Source: a virus
Lineage: Duplodnaviria; Caudoviricetes
Direction: 5' to 3' (one strand)
DNA: 34,409 nt
IMG/VR virus record: IMGVR_UViG_3300042997_000260
Span: 1 to 34,409 of that record
The position numbers were made by a program, and so were the translations under genes. This document shows positions 1 to 7,576 of this stretch, in pieces; position 1 is the first letter of the stretch, and each line of letters begins with the position of its first letter. The notes under the pieces are model-generated. The model was not told the DNA's origin. It saw only the letters and a list, made by a program, of their open reading frames with translations, and searched no databases.

Positions 1-126
1 CGATGTCAAGATCTTGAAGTGGGACAAGTACGGTGGCCGTGTGCTGGGTGAGGTCTACCTAGACCATCAGAGCCTGGCCCAAAGCCTGATCTCTGCCGGC
101 CTGGCTCGCCCCTACAAGGGCGATGC
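1..126. repeat. Terminal direct repeat, left copy (circular assembly overlap)
   Basis: 1-126 is identical to 34277-34402; the copies diverge afterwards (GAAACAATCC vs CAAGTCC). Confidence 0.95.
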
Positions 127-148
127 GAAACAATCCTGGTGTGAATAG
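2..148 (+). CDS. 3' part of thermonuclease (SNase-like) gene spanning the circular junction
   Basis: Frame 2 reads DVKILKWDKYGGRVLGEVYLDHQSLAQSLISAGLARPYKGDAKQSWCE*, with the SNase DKYGR-like and GLA motifs; it continues the ORF starting at 34023. Confidence 0.85.
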   Translation, partial: DVKILKWDKYGGRVLGEVYLDHQSLAQSLISAGLARPYKGDAKQSWCE

Positions 149-158
149 GAGATAGACG

Positions 159-1037
159 ATGAGCCTTCTGACCGAAGCCCAACTGGCGGCTATGATCCCG
201 ACCAACAAAGAGGTTGCCGCCTGGTGCGAGGAGCTGAACAAAGCCCTTCCTAAATACGACATCACGACGCCGGAAAGGATCGCTGGCTTTATCAGCCAGT
301 GCGCCCATGAGTCGCAAAATTTTTTGGCCCTATCGGAAAATCTATCCTACCGCCAAGAAACCCTGCTCAAAGTCTTCCCGCGCTATTTTGGCCCCGGCAA
401 GCGCAACGCTGCTGAGTATGCTCGGAACCCGGAGAAGATTGCGAACTATGTCTACATGGATGAGTTCCGCACGTCGAAGCTCGGCAATACTCAGCCTGGC
501 GACGGCTGGCGCTTTCGTGGCCGTGGGCTGAAACAGTTGACCGGGCGGGACAACTACACCCGCTTCGCTAAAGACTACGACATGACCGCCGAGGAAGCAG
601 CCGAATGGCTGGAGACCAAGGAAGGTGCGCTGGCATCGGCTCTCTGGTTCTGGAACATTAACAAGCTCAATGCAGTTGCTGACACTGCCAGCGTGCCGGC
701 TCTCACGAAGAAAATCAATGGGGGAAACATCGGCTTGGCCGATCGGCAAGCTCGGTACGAAAAGGCAATGGCTGTGCTGACGGGCAAGATCCCCTTGCGT
801 GCAGCCAACAACAACGGCACTCCCGTCAACTCGCAGATCACTGACGCCGTCACGCAGGTCTTGCGCAAGGGCGCCAAGGGTGACGCAGTCAAGCGCATGC
901 AGGCCAAGCTCGGCATCAAGGCTGATGGTGACTTCGGCCCAGGCACTGAGGCTGCGCTGAAGAAGTGGCAAGCCGCCAATGGCCTCACGGCTGACGGTGT
1001 GGCTGGTCCGAAGACAATCGCAAAACTATTGGGGTGA
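159..1037 (+). CDS. Endolysin: GH19 chitinase-like muramidase plus C-terminal peptidoglycan-binding domain
   Basis: FISQCAHES, ENLSY, DGWRFRGRGLKQLTGRDNY and TKKINGG are GH19 phage lysin motifs; C-terminal LRKGAKGDAVKRMQ...DGDFGPGT...WQAANGLTADGVAGPKT fits PG_binding_1. RBS AGGAG upstream. Confidence 0.93.
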   Translation: MSLLTEAQLAAMIPTNKEVAAWCEELNKALPKYDITTPERIAGFISQCAHESQNFLALSENLSYRQETLLKVFPRYFGPGKRNAAEYARNPEKIANYVYMDEFRTSKLGNTQPGDGWRFRGRGLKQLTGRDNYTRFAKDYDMTAEEAAEWLETKEGALASALWFWNINKLNAVADTASVPALTKKINGGNIGLADRQARYEKAMAVLTGKIPLRAANNNGTPVNSQITDAVTQVLRKGAKGDAVKRMQAKLGIKADGDFGPGTEAALKKWQAANGLTADGVAGPKTIAKLLG

Positions 1038-1192
1038 TGACCATGAACAAGAAGCCTGGGCTGTATGCCAACATGAACGCACGCAAAGAAGCTGGCACGT
1101 CTCGTGACAAGGACGACAGCACGATCGACAAGAAGACCTACTCCCTGATGACCCGCAAGGCTGGGCCATTCAAGGAGAAGAAGAATGCCTAA
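1037..1192 (+). CDS. Small basic phage protein (KPGLYAN motif)
   Basis: Hand-translated MTMNKKPGLYANMNARKEAGTSRDKDDSTIDKKTYSLMTRKAGPFKEKKNA*; TGATG coupling to the endolysin and overlap with the next gene. Confidence 0.7.
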   Translation: MTMNKKPGLYANMNARKEAGTSRDKDDSTIDKKTYSLMTRKAGPFKEKKNA

Positions 1193-1487
1193 GTCTGCAG
1201 CCTGGACTCGCAAGGAAGGCAAATCAGAAAGCGGCGGCCTGAACGAAAAGGGCCGTCGCTCCTATGAGCGTGAGAACCCAGGCTCGGATCTCAAGGCGCC
1301 GGTCAAGTCTGGTGACAACCCGCGCCGCGCAAGCTTCCTGGCGCGTATGGGTAACATGCCTGGGCCGGAGCGCGACAAGGACGGCGAGCCGACCAGGCTG
1401 CTCAAATCCCTGATGGCCTGGGGCGCCAGCAGCAAGGCCGACGCCAAGAAGAAGGCGTCTGCAATCAGCGCAAGGAATAAAGAATGA
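1185..1487 (+). CDS. Basic phage protein, DUF6321-like
   Basis: AWTRKEGKSESGGLNEKGRRSY...LKAPVK...RRASFLARM pattern recalled for DUF6321; RBS AAGGAG. Confidence 0.75.
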   Translation: MPKSAAWTRKEGKSESGGLNEKGRRSYERENPGSDLKAPVKSGDNPRRASFLARMGNMPGPERDKDGEPTRLLKSLMAWGASSKADAKKKASAISARNKE

Positions 1488-2245
1488 CCGACCTAGAGGC
1501 ACACCATAGCTGGCAGCTCCATAAGGAAATGCCGTTCAACCTGCGTGCCTCTATGGGTCACGTCACGAATGGCACGCCCGTCTTTGTCTACGGCAACAAC
1601 CCAGATGTGCAGGCAGCCGAAGAGACGATCTGGTATGGCGGCGGGATCTACCAGTACCCGGCATCTGCGATCCAGATGAAGGTGTCGTCTGACGACGCAG
1701 CGGCCACCAGCCAGATCATAATCAACGGGCTGGATGCGAACTACAACCCGATCACTGAGATGATCTCGGTCACGGGTCAAACGCCTGTGACCACGGTCAA
1801 GAGCTACCTGCGCCTGCAGAATGCCTATGTGATTGCCAACCCAACGAATGACAACATCTACATCGGTGATGGCACTGTGACGGCTGGCGTGCCGGCGACT
1901 ATCTATGAGCGGATCTACAACGGCCACAACCGCACTGAGAGCGGGCGCTATACGGTGCCGGCGGGTCGTACCTTCTACATCAGCCACGGCACGATCTCGC
2001 ACGGGTCTGACAGCAGCAACGCCTTTATGACTGCACGCCTGATCTATCGGCTGCACGGGCTGCCGTTTCAATCTGCGGCGATCGTGAACCTGAACAACAA
2101 GTTCATCGACTTCTGGTTTGATTACCCGATCGCGTTGCCTGAAAGGTCGGACATTGAGACCAGGGCATTCTGTTCTAAAAACCAGGTGAACGCGGTCTCT
2201 ACATCGATCGAAGGCATCCTGATCACAGAGACGCAGCCGGTGTGA
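1484..2245 (+). CDS. Conserved phage hypothetical protein (beta-rich, possibly virion-associated)
   Basis: 253-aa ORF with ATGA overlap; YGNNPDV..EETIWYGGGIY, GLDANY and YTVPAG motifs. Confidence 0.8.
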   Translation: MTDLEAHHSWQLHKEMPFNLRASMGHVTNGTPVFVYGNNPDVQAAEETIWYGGGIYQYPASAIQMKVSSDDAAATSQIIINGLDANYNPITEMISVTGQTPVTTVKSYLRLQNAYVIANPTNDNIYIGDGTVTAGVPATIYERIYNGHNRTESGRYTVPAGRTFYISHGTISHGSDSSNAFMTARLIYRLHGLPFQSAAIVNLNNKFIDFWFDYPIALPERSDIETRAFCSKNQVNAVSTSIEGILITETQPV

Positions 2246-2246
2246 T

Positions 2247-2340
2247 GTCGCGAGGGGCGCGGATGGTGGATGGTGAGCCGTAGCGCAGTCTGACCGTCGA
2301 CCAATACAAAACCGCAGGTTCCGTATGCGCCCCTCACGAT
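2247..2340 (-). ncRNA. Candidate structured RNA (three-way junction) between convergent transcription units
   Basis: On the minus strand, a closing stem UCGUGAGGGGCGC/GCGCCCCUCGCGA, a hairpin AUACGGAACC-UGC-GGUUUUGUAU, and an imperfect third stem; most wobble pairs favour the minus strand. Confidence 0.4.
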
Positions 2341-2352
2341 AGTTTTAGCTGG

Positions 2353-2673
2353 TCACTCTGTGGCCTGCAATCGCTTTCCGTTCTGGATCTTGGCCAAGGC
2401 ACGTTCGATCGCCCGAGGGCTGCACGACCAGGTCGGTCTGGTCTTGGGCTGGAGCGTCATGGCGTCAACGGCTTCCTTCCACTCGGGGCTTCGTCTCGAC
2501 ACCGCCTGCGGCGAGAACTTGTGCATCGGCAGCGAGATGCCGAAACGCTCGCAGGCTGCGGTGATAGATGTCCGATGCACCCCGTAGTGTCTGCCCGTGG
2601 TTGTTGGATCCCACTGCTTGGCCAGTGCTGCCTCCAGCATATCTCTAGTAATCCTTTTCGATCCAAGGCGCAT
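2353..2673 (-). CDS. Hypothetical protein with possible HTH
   Basis: PTTTGRHYGVHRTSITAACERFGI is HTH-like; last gene of the leftward arm. Confidence 0.7.
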   Translation of the reverse strand: MRLGSKRITRDMLEAALAKQWDPTTTGRHYGVHRTSITAACERFGISLPMHKFSPQAVSRRSPEWKEAVDAMTLQPKTRPTWSCSPRAIERALAKIQNGKRLQATE

Positions 2674-2833
2674 TCGCTCTCTCCTTTATTCTGTTGATGG
2701 TTTCTAGATTTTGACGGGCAAGATACTCGATCAGCAAAAGCTGTTCCTCAGTCACCCAGAAGGCTGGACACTTGACGTAGCCCGCCAACCTCAACGCTCT
2801 CGCGCCGGGGCTGTTGCTGGCTTCACGGGGCAT
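2645..2833 (-). CDS. Hypothetical protein
   Basis: MPREASNSPGARALRLAGYVKCPAFWVT...; ATG at 2833 preceded by GAGGG; tiles with neighbours. Confidence 0.65.
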   Translation of the reverse strand: MPREASNSPGARALRLAGYVKCPAFWVTEEQLLLIEYLARQNLETINRIKERANAPWIEKDY

Positions 2834-2972
2834 CGCTTCCCTCAATCTCGGCGATGATGGGGAGGGTGCGGTAGACCACTTTATCAGTCGAAATAGGTAT
2901 TGCAGGGTGCCACATACCATCCTCGTCGGTCAGAAGGCCATACGGCACTCGGTTGTTGGTCATGTCGATCAT
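2823..2972 (-). CDS. Small hypothetical protein
   Basis: Hand-translated MIDMTNNRVPYGLLTDEDGMWHPAIPISTDKVVYRTLPIIAEIEGSDAP*; ATGA coupling with the upstream gene; fills the gap in the operon. Confidence 0.55.
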   Translation of the reverse strand: MIDMTNNRVPYGLLTDEDGMWHPAIPISTDKVVYRTLPIIAEIEGSDAP

Positions 2973-3220
2973 ATCAAAACACTCCTGACCTTCTTCTCAA
3001 AGTTTGCCTGAGCGGCATCGGTGGCCGACAGAACGTCAACGTATTGATCCAGAGCAATGCCGCCGGGCATCCCAAGATACACGCCAACCTTGTCGTCAAA
3101 GCGGTGCAGTTCGTATGTGCCGACGATGCTGTATGCGACCAGCCATAGGCCGCCAGTTGCGCCTTCTGGTATTGTTACATCCCGCCAGATCAGGCTTTTG
3201 ATTTTGACCTGTTTGCTCAT
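2969..3220 (-). CDS. Hypothetical protein
   Basis: MSKQVKIKSLIWRDV...; start 3220 gives an ATGA overlap with the upstream stop. Confidence 0.7.
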   Translation of the reverse strand: MSKQVKIKSLIWRDVTIPEGATGGLWLVAYSIVGTYELHRFDDKVGVYLGMPGGIALDQYVDVLSATDAAQANFEKKVRSVLI

Positions 3221-3432
3221 TTCCGCCCCCGTTCCCAAGCTGCCCGCGACAGCCGATTGGCCAGCGCGTCCATGTCCTCGACGCTGATCTGCCTGTTGCT
3301 GATGATGGCCCAATAGACCAAGTCCATGAACCTCTTGGCTGGCAGCACGGATGCCGCGTTGATGATGCCCTGCGCCGCCTCTGCCTGCACGTCGCGGTGC
3401 GGCATGACCGCCTGCTTCTTTCTCCAGAACAT
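3217..3432 (-). CDS. Hypothetical protein
   Basis: 71-aa ORF with RBS GGGAG; tiles in the leftward operon. Confidence 0.7.
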   Translation of the reverse strand: MFWRKKQAVMPHRDVQAEAAQGIINAASVLPAKRFMDLVYWAIISNRQISVEDMDALANRLSRAAWERGRK

Positions 3433-3442
3433 ATCTATCTCC

Positions 3443-3712
3443 CTAGTGTGCTGTTTGCTTGGTTTGTTTTGCGTCGCGCATGTCTACGGAAAGCCGAAGA
3501 CCGAGGGATATTGTTTTTTGGCTCATGCCCCGGCTCTCGCCAAAACAGTAAATTGCAGTGAGCAGTTCAGAGATTATCTGAGCGGGATCATCGATGAACG
3601 CGCTGTAGAGCGTCATCGTCAGAGCGCACAATTCGGCCTCGTCCAACTCATCCGGCAGCGCGTTTATCACGGCTTGCAGGTGAGCATTTGTCATGTTGCG
3701 TGGAATGCTCAT
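3443..3712 (-). CDS. Hypothetical protein
   Basis: 89-aa ORF with ATGA overlap and RBS GGAGG. Confidence 0.7.
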   Translation of the reverse strand: MSIPRNMTNAHLQAVINALPDELDEAELCALTMTLYSAFIDDPAQIISELLTAIYCFGESRGMSQKTISLGLRLSVDMRDAKQTKQTAH

Positions 3713-4119
3713 GCCACATCCTCCGGCAGATCGAAGCAGGTCAGCCGCACCACGCGCCCGGTTGCGACCAACTCGGCCAGCTTGGCTGCGATCTTGTCGT
3801 CAGCCATATTCATATCCTCGGCGATCTCTTCGACGGTGGCGCGGCCATCAGCTTGCAAGTTGCCGAGGATGAAGGCACCAAGCGTATCATCCCGTGATAC
3901 AGGCGTGGCATCCTCCAGCGAGATCGCCAGCCACGGCGTCTTGTCGGGCTGGGTCATGTTAGGGACGAGCTGCGCCATGACCTTCTGGCCGGGGCGCAGG
4001 CTGGCATCAAGCGCCAGCTTGCTGGGGATAAAGACGTTCTGCGTCATGTCGTCGGCCAGCACGGCGAAGGCGGTGCCAGTGGCTAGCTTGTTAGTGATAA
4101 GGATCTCAGTCGGTAGCAT
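3709..4119 (-). CDS. Putative OB-fold plus winged-helix nucleic-acid-binding protein
   Basis: N-terminal GTAFAV...NVFIP (cold-shock/OB-like); C-terminal LQADGRATVEEIAEDMNM...KLAELVATGRV (wHTH-like). Confidence 0.65.
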   Translation of the reverse strand: MLPTEILITNKLATGTAFAVLADDMTQNVFIPSKLALDASLRPGQKVMAQLVPNMTQPDKTPWLAISLEDATPVSRDDTLGAFILGNLQADGRATVEEIAEDMNMADDKIAAKLAELVATGRVVRLTCFDLPEDVA

Positions 4120-4297
4120 TGTTCTTTTCCAGTTCTGCTAATTGATCTTTGGCGTCGCGGGCATACAGCCAGTATCTCGTTATGTCCTCTCCCACCCATG
4201 AGGGTCTGACCCCGGTCCCGTATTTGCTTTCCAAATCTTTGATCTGTTGTTCTTTCACAAAGATGAATGCGCGGAGTTTGTCTGCCTCGGTCATCAC
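4106..4297 (-). CDS. Hypothetical protein
   Basis: 63-aa ORF overlapping both neighbours. Confidence 0.65.
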   Translation of the reverse strand: MMTEADKLRAFIFVKEQQIKDLESKYGTGVRPSWVGEDITRYWLYARDAKDQLAELEKNNATD

Positions 4298-4488
4298 ATC
4301 ACCCCCAGCCTATCCAGTGCGAAGAACGATTTCCGGTACGATGAGATCAGGCGGTCAACGCGGCTGATCTTGTCTTGAATTTGCGGGCTGTGCGCGGCTT
4401 CCCTGCCATCGTTGGTCAGCGTCTCGCGGTAATCCCACAGCGCGGTCAGCACGATGTGGGTGTCGTTGGCTCCTAGTCTGATTGCCAT
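4294..4488 (-). CDS. Hypothetical protein
   Basis: 64-aa ORF tiling in the operon. Confidence 0.7.
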   Translation of the reverse strand: MAIRLGANDTHIVLTALWDYRETLTNDGREAAHSPQIQDKISRVDRLISSYRKSFFALDRLGVM

Positions 4489-4489
4489 T

Positions 4490-4588
4490 TTACCACCCCA
4501 TACCGTGAGCGAAGACGAAGCCAGCCCAGAGCAGGCCGAAGATTGCGATGGCCCCGATCAGGTCGGCGGCGATGTCTCGAATACGCAT
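4490..4588 (-). CDS. Small single-pass membrane protein
   Basis: Hand-translated MRIRDIAADLIGAIAIFGLLWAGFVFAHGMGW*; TAATG coupling and RBS AAGGAG. Confidence 0.65.
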   Translation of the reverse strand: MRIRDIAADLIGAIAIFGLLWAGFVFAHGMGW

Positions 4589-4785
4589 TATTTGATCTCC
4601 TTGTTGGCGTTGATGGCAGAAGCCAAGCGCAGGCGCAGTTCAGCGCGGCGCAGGTAGAACATCATCTCGCCAGTGTCGTGGTAGTTCGGGTCACGGTTTG
4701 AGTAACTGCTCTCAATGTCTCGGTCGATGCACTCCAGAGCCGCTTCGGCCTGCTCTAGCGTGATGAGGATGGTTGGGTCTGACAT
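4588..4785 (-). CDS. Hypothetical protein
   Basis: 65-aa ORF preceded by the CAAACAAGGAGAC leader. Confidence 0.7.
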   Translation of the reverse strand: MSDPTILITLEQAEAALECIDRDIESSYSNRDPNYHDTGEMMFYLRRAELRLRLASAINANKEIK

Positions 4786-4820
4786 GTTGCTAGTCTCCTT
4801 GTTTGTTGGCCTTCAGGATG

Positions 4821-4838
4821 CCAGCCCCGCAGGGCTGG
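4821..4838 (-). other. Intergenic stem-loop in the early operon
   Basis: CCAGCCC-N4-GGGCTGG perfect 7-bp stem, extendable imperfectly to about 4812-4847; no U-tract. Confidence 0.5.
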
Positions 4839-4849
4839 TCACCAGAAAG

Positions 4850-5176
4850 TCAAAAGTTGTAGTCGTGGAATTTGCGCGGCTGCGGCTCAATGCTGGCCTT
4901 GCCGTAGGCTGTCCAGAAGCGGCCATCCTTGCGCTTGTTGGCTTTGATGGTGTGGCCGTCCTCGTCAGACTTGATGATCCACTTCTGGTCGCCTTGGTTG
5001 GCGCAGTGGCCAGCGAAGCCGCCGACGTGCCACTCGGCTTTCCAGCTTTGATCTTTCTCGCACTTCATGGAGCGCAGCGTGAGCCGCTTGCCGCTGGGGC
5101 TGATGCCGATGATTTCATAAGGGGTGGTGTCGGTGTAGCCGTGGACGTTGGCGTAAGCTTTGATCGAAGGGGTCAT
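4850..5176 (-). CDS. Conserved phage hypothetical protein
   Basis: MTPSIKAYANVHGYTDTTPYEII...GGFAGHCANQ...FHDYNF; strong RBS AAGGAG 7 nt before ATG 5176. Confidence 0.75.
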   Translation of the reverse strand: MTPSIKAYANVHGYTDTTPYEIIGISPSGKRLTLRSMKCEKDQSWKAEWHVGGFAGHCANQGDQKWIIKSDEDGHTIKANKRKDGRFWTAYGKASIEPQPRKFHDYNF

Positions 5177-5202
5177 GGTAGTCTCCTTGTTTGCTAGTTG
5201 GA

Positions 5203-5397
5203 TTAGGCGAAGAAGATTTCGCGCATCGCGGCGGTGGCCTCTTCGCGAGAGCAGTAATATTCGTCGCACACGCTGATCCCGTTTACCGGGCAGTCGATGA
5301 CAATAGACCAGATCTCACGGTCGATGCCGTCGAACTCGACAATATCTTTCTCAATGCTGACGCTGCGGGTGGTGTCGCTGATGATGGCTTCGCGCAT
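5203..5397 (-). CDS. Hypothetical acidic protein, first gene of the leftward arm
   Basis: MREAIISDTTRSV...; RBS AAGGAG; lies just downstream of a predicted promoter. Confidence 0.7.
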   Translation of the reverse strand: MREAIISDTTRSVSIEKDIVEFDGIDREIWSIVIDCPVNGISVCDEYYCSREEATAAMREIFFA

Positions 5398-5438
5398 TTG
5401 GTCGTCTCCTTGTTTGCTAGTATGTCGTTCACGAAAAC

Positions 5439-5467
5439 AACGTAATGTCAGCATTCGCAGATTACAA
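5439..5467 (-). promoter_or_regulatory. Putative sigma70 promoter, leftward (early)
   Basis: TTGTAA-N17-TACGTT on the minus strand in the AT-richer divergent intergenic region. Confidence 0.55.
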
Positions 5468-5500
5468 GCCACTAAAATTGCGCTGGCGAAATCTTTTTAT

Positions 5501-5533
5501 CTTGCCATCTGCCAGGCAAAGGGCGCATAGATT
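5501..5533 (+). promoter_or_regulatory. Putative rightward promoter
   Basis: CTTGCCA followed about 17-18 nt later by GCATAGATT, upstream of RBS AGGAGG and the HTH gene. Confidence 0.4.
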
Positions 5534-5557
5534 GCGTCACCGAAACAGGAGGCCAGG

Positions 5558-5740
5558 ATGGTCTACACAATCAAGGAGCTGCGGCTGATGCTGGCCGATC
5601 GCCCGCTGCAATCGGTCGCTGCAGCCGCTGGCGTCAGCCACGTCACGCTCTGGCGGCTGGTCAAAGGCCGGCAAGAAGCCAAGGAAACGACGCTCATCAA
5701 GCTTACCGACTACGTCAACAAGGCGATGCACGATGGTTAA
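5558..5740 (+). CDS. Cro-like HTH transcriptional regulator
   Basis: LQSVAAAAGVSHVTLWRLVKG is an XRE/Cro-type HTH; first gene of the rightward arm; RBS AGGAGG. Confidence 0.8.
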   Translation: MVYTIKELRLMLADRPLQSVAAAAGVSHVTLWRLVKGRQEAKETTLIKLTDYVNKAMHDG

Positions 5741-6116
5741 TGGCCGAAACAAAGGCGCCAACTTTGAGCGCGAGATCGCGCAGCTCCTGCACCAGGAGCT
5801 GGGCATCAAGTTCGCACGAGATCTGCGGCAGTATCAGCAAGCCGAGTACGGCGACCTGATCACCGACGATCCGGCTTGGCCCTACCTGCTGGAGCTGAAG
5901 CGCTACAGTGACGGCCCGATCGGCGGCCCGAACACTTGGTGGCAGCAAGCCTGCGCTGCAGCTGACAAGGCGCACAAGCAACCCGTCGTCATCTACAGGT
6001 ACGATCGCCAGCCCATCCGCTGCGTCCTCATGCTGCAAGGCGTCAGGGCCGACGTGAACTTCGATGACTTCTGCTACCTGGCAAGAGAAAGGATGGCCCA
6101 TGACGCAATGTTCTGA
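5733..6116 (+). CDS. Putative Holliday junction resolvase (PD-(D/E)XK)
   Basis: GRNKGANFERE...GDL...LELKR...WWQQA...PVVIYR pattern. Confidence 0.8.
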   Translation: MVNGRNKGANFEREIAQLLHQELGIKFARDLRQYQQAEYGDLITDDPAWPYLLELKRYSDGPIGGPNTWWQQACAAADKAHKQPVVIYRYDRQPIRCVLMLQGVRADVNFDDFCYLARERMAHDAMF

Positions 6117-6873
6117 CGGCTTCACCAAGCACAACATCGACCACCTGTCTGCATCCAGCATCAACCTTTGGGCCAATGCGCCTGACGTATGGGTCATGCA
6201 ATACCTTCACGGCAAGCGCACACCGATGGGACCAGCCGCATGGCGTGGCATCTGCACTGAAGACGCAGTGGCCGCCACGCTACTCGGCAACCCCATCACT
6301 CAAGCCATTGATCAGGCTGTCGAAAAGTTTGACGGCAAGTATCGCATCGGCGATGAGGCTACCACCCGTGAGCGCGATCGCATCAAACCCATGACCGAGC
6401 TGGCGGTGGCCGAGCTGGAGAAGTACGGCAAGCCACACTTCCCAGAAGTGGAAGAAGGCGACCACCACCAGAACAAGGTGGAGATCACAGCCAAAGGCGA
6501 CAACTGGACCATCCCGGTGATCGGCTACCTGGATCTGGTCTACCCAGATCACGGTCTGGTGATCGATCTCAAAACCACTGGCCGCATCCCAAGCCAGATG
6601 TCGCCAGAGCATCAGCTTCAACGCGCCATCTACGCCAAGGCCAACGGCAACATGGCCGTCAAGTTCCTGTACGTTAGCGAGAAGAAGATCTCGCTCTTGG
6701 AAGACGGCGACCCGACCGAGCTGCTGGCAAAGGCCAAGGCCCAGATCTTCCGCATGGAAGCCTTCCTGGCCCGCCTCGACAAAGACGAAGCCAAGGCGAT
6801 CGTGCCGGTCAACCCGTCGTCCTTCTACTGGTCCGGCAACGAAGAGCTTCGCAAAGAATTCTACGGCATCTGA
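6100..6873 (+). CDS. PD-(D/E)XK exonuclease (RecB-like, PDDEXK_1 type)
   Basis: HLSASSIN, GYLDL, IDLKTT and QRAIY motifs; ATG at 6100 preferred (the ORF is open from 6064). Confidence 0.85.
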   Translation: MTQCSDGFTKHNIDHLSASSINLWANAPDVWVMQYLHGKRTPMGPAAWRGICTEDAVAATLLGNPITQAIDQAVEKFDGKYRIGDEATTRERDRIKPMTELAVAELEKYGKPHFPEVEEGDHHQNKVEITAKGDNWTIPVIGYLDLVYPDHGLVIDLKTTGRIPSQMSPEHQLQRAIYAKANGNMAVKFLYVSEKKISLLEDGDPTELLAKAKAQIFRMEAFLARLDKDEAKAIVPVNPSSFYWSGNEELRKEFYGI

Positions 6874-6944
6874 TGCCGTGATCCGAGCCTGCCGGCAGCA
6901 GGCATTCCTCGGCGCACAAGCGCCCGACAAGAAAGGCACTACCC

Positions 6945-7574
6945 ATGTTTGCACTAGACACAGGCGGCAACGGCGCCAATGGTCCCTTCCTGCAGTGGTC
7001 CGCACGCGGAACCCAATGCGGCACCATCGGCCCGAAGTCCTTCTACATTCGGTCGGCTGACAGCAAGACCGCATACGACGCCACCAAAGGCATGGTCCTC
7101 GACATCGAAAAGATGAAGACGGGCTGGCAGAAGTCGGAAGGCATTGCCGGCGTGGCACCCGAGTGGAAGTGGAACCCCAGCCCAGCGCAGATGCTGCCCT
7201 CGCCCAGCGATGATTGGAAGAAGGGCTTCAGCATCAATGTCGCGATCGGCGGCGGTGAAACCGCAACCTGGGAACAGGCAGGCACAGCCGCATGGCAAGC
7301 CCTGACAGATCTGGCACCGACGCTGCAGCAGCAGCCAGCGCCCAACATGCTGCCCCTCGTGCGCTTGGCCAACACCAGGGCCATGCAGTTCAAGCGCGGA
7401 TCGACCATCAGCCCCGTGCTGGAGGTGATCAAGTGGGTGCCGCGTCCCGATTGCATGAAGGAAGGCGCAGCCGGCGGCATTGCTTTGGAGCCTGCACCAG
7501 CTCCGGCACCTGCGCCCAAGCCTGCACCAGCTCCGGCGCTGGCGGGCATCGATCCCGACACATTGGAGTTTTGA
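6945..7574 (+). CDS. Putative single-stranded DNA-binding/annealing protein
   Basis: Lies between exonuclease and primase; Trp-rich core, PAPAP linker and acidic-aromatic C-terminus (DPDTLEF). Function inferred. Confidence 0.6.
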   Translation: MFALDTGGNGANGPFLQWSARGTQCGTIGPKSFYIRSADSKTAYDATKGMVLDIEKMKTGWQKSEGIAGVAPEWKWNPSPAQMLPSPSDDWKKGFSINVAIGGGETATWEQAGTAAWQALTDLAPTLQQQPAPNMLPLVRLANTRAMQFKRGSTISPVLEVIKWVPRPDCMKEGAAGGIALEPAPAPAPAPKPAPAPALAGIDPDTLEF

Positions 7575-7576
7575 AG

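Noticed and set aside
2247-2340. tRNA or hammerhead ribozyme
   Set aside because: No cloverleaf with a canonical T-loop and CCA end, and no CUGANGA/GAAA core; kept only as an unclassified structured RNA.
3326-4141. 271-aa + strand ORF
   Set aside because: It is antisense to a well-tiled set of minus-strand genes with RBSs and has Ser/Ala/Cys-rich shadow composition.
6100-6873. Cas4 assignment
   Set aside because: It lacks the four-Cys Fe-S cluster pattern; a generic PD-(D/E)XK exonuclease fits better.
7489-7537. 19-bp direct repeat AGCCTGCACCAGCTCCGGC
   Set aside because: Explained by the Pro/Ala linker it encodes; no sign of an att or target-site role.
7292-7576. N-terminal extension of the HNH ORF (243 aa in the track)
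   Set aside because: It overlaps the putative SSB gene out of frame; HNH-like sequence and the composition shift begin at ATG 7577.
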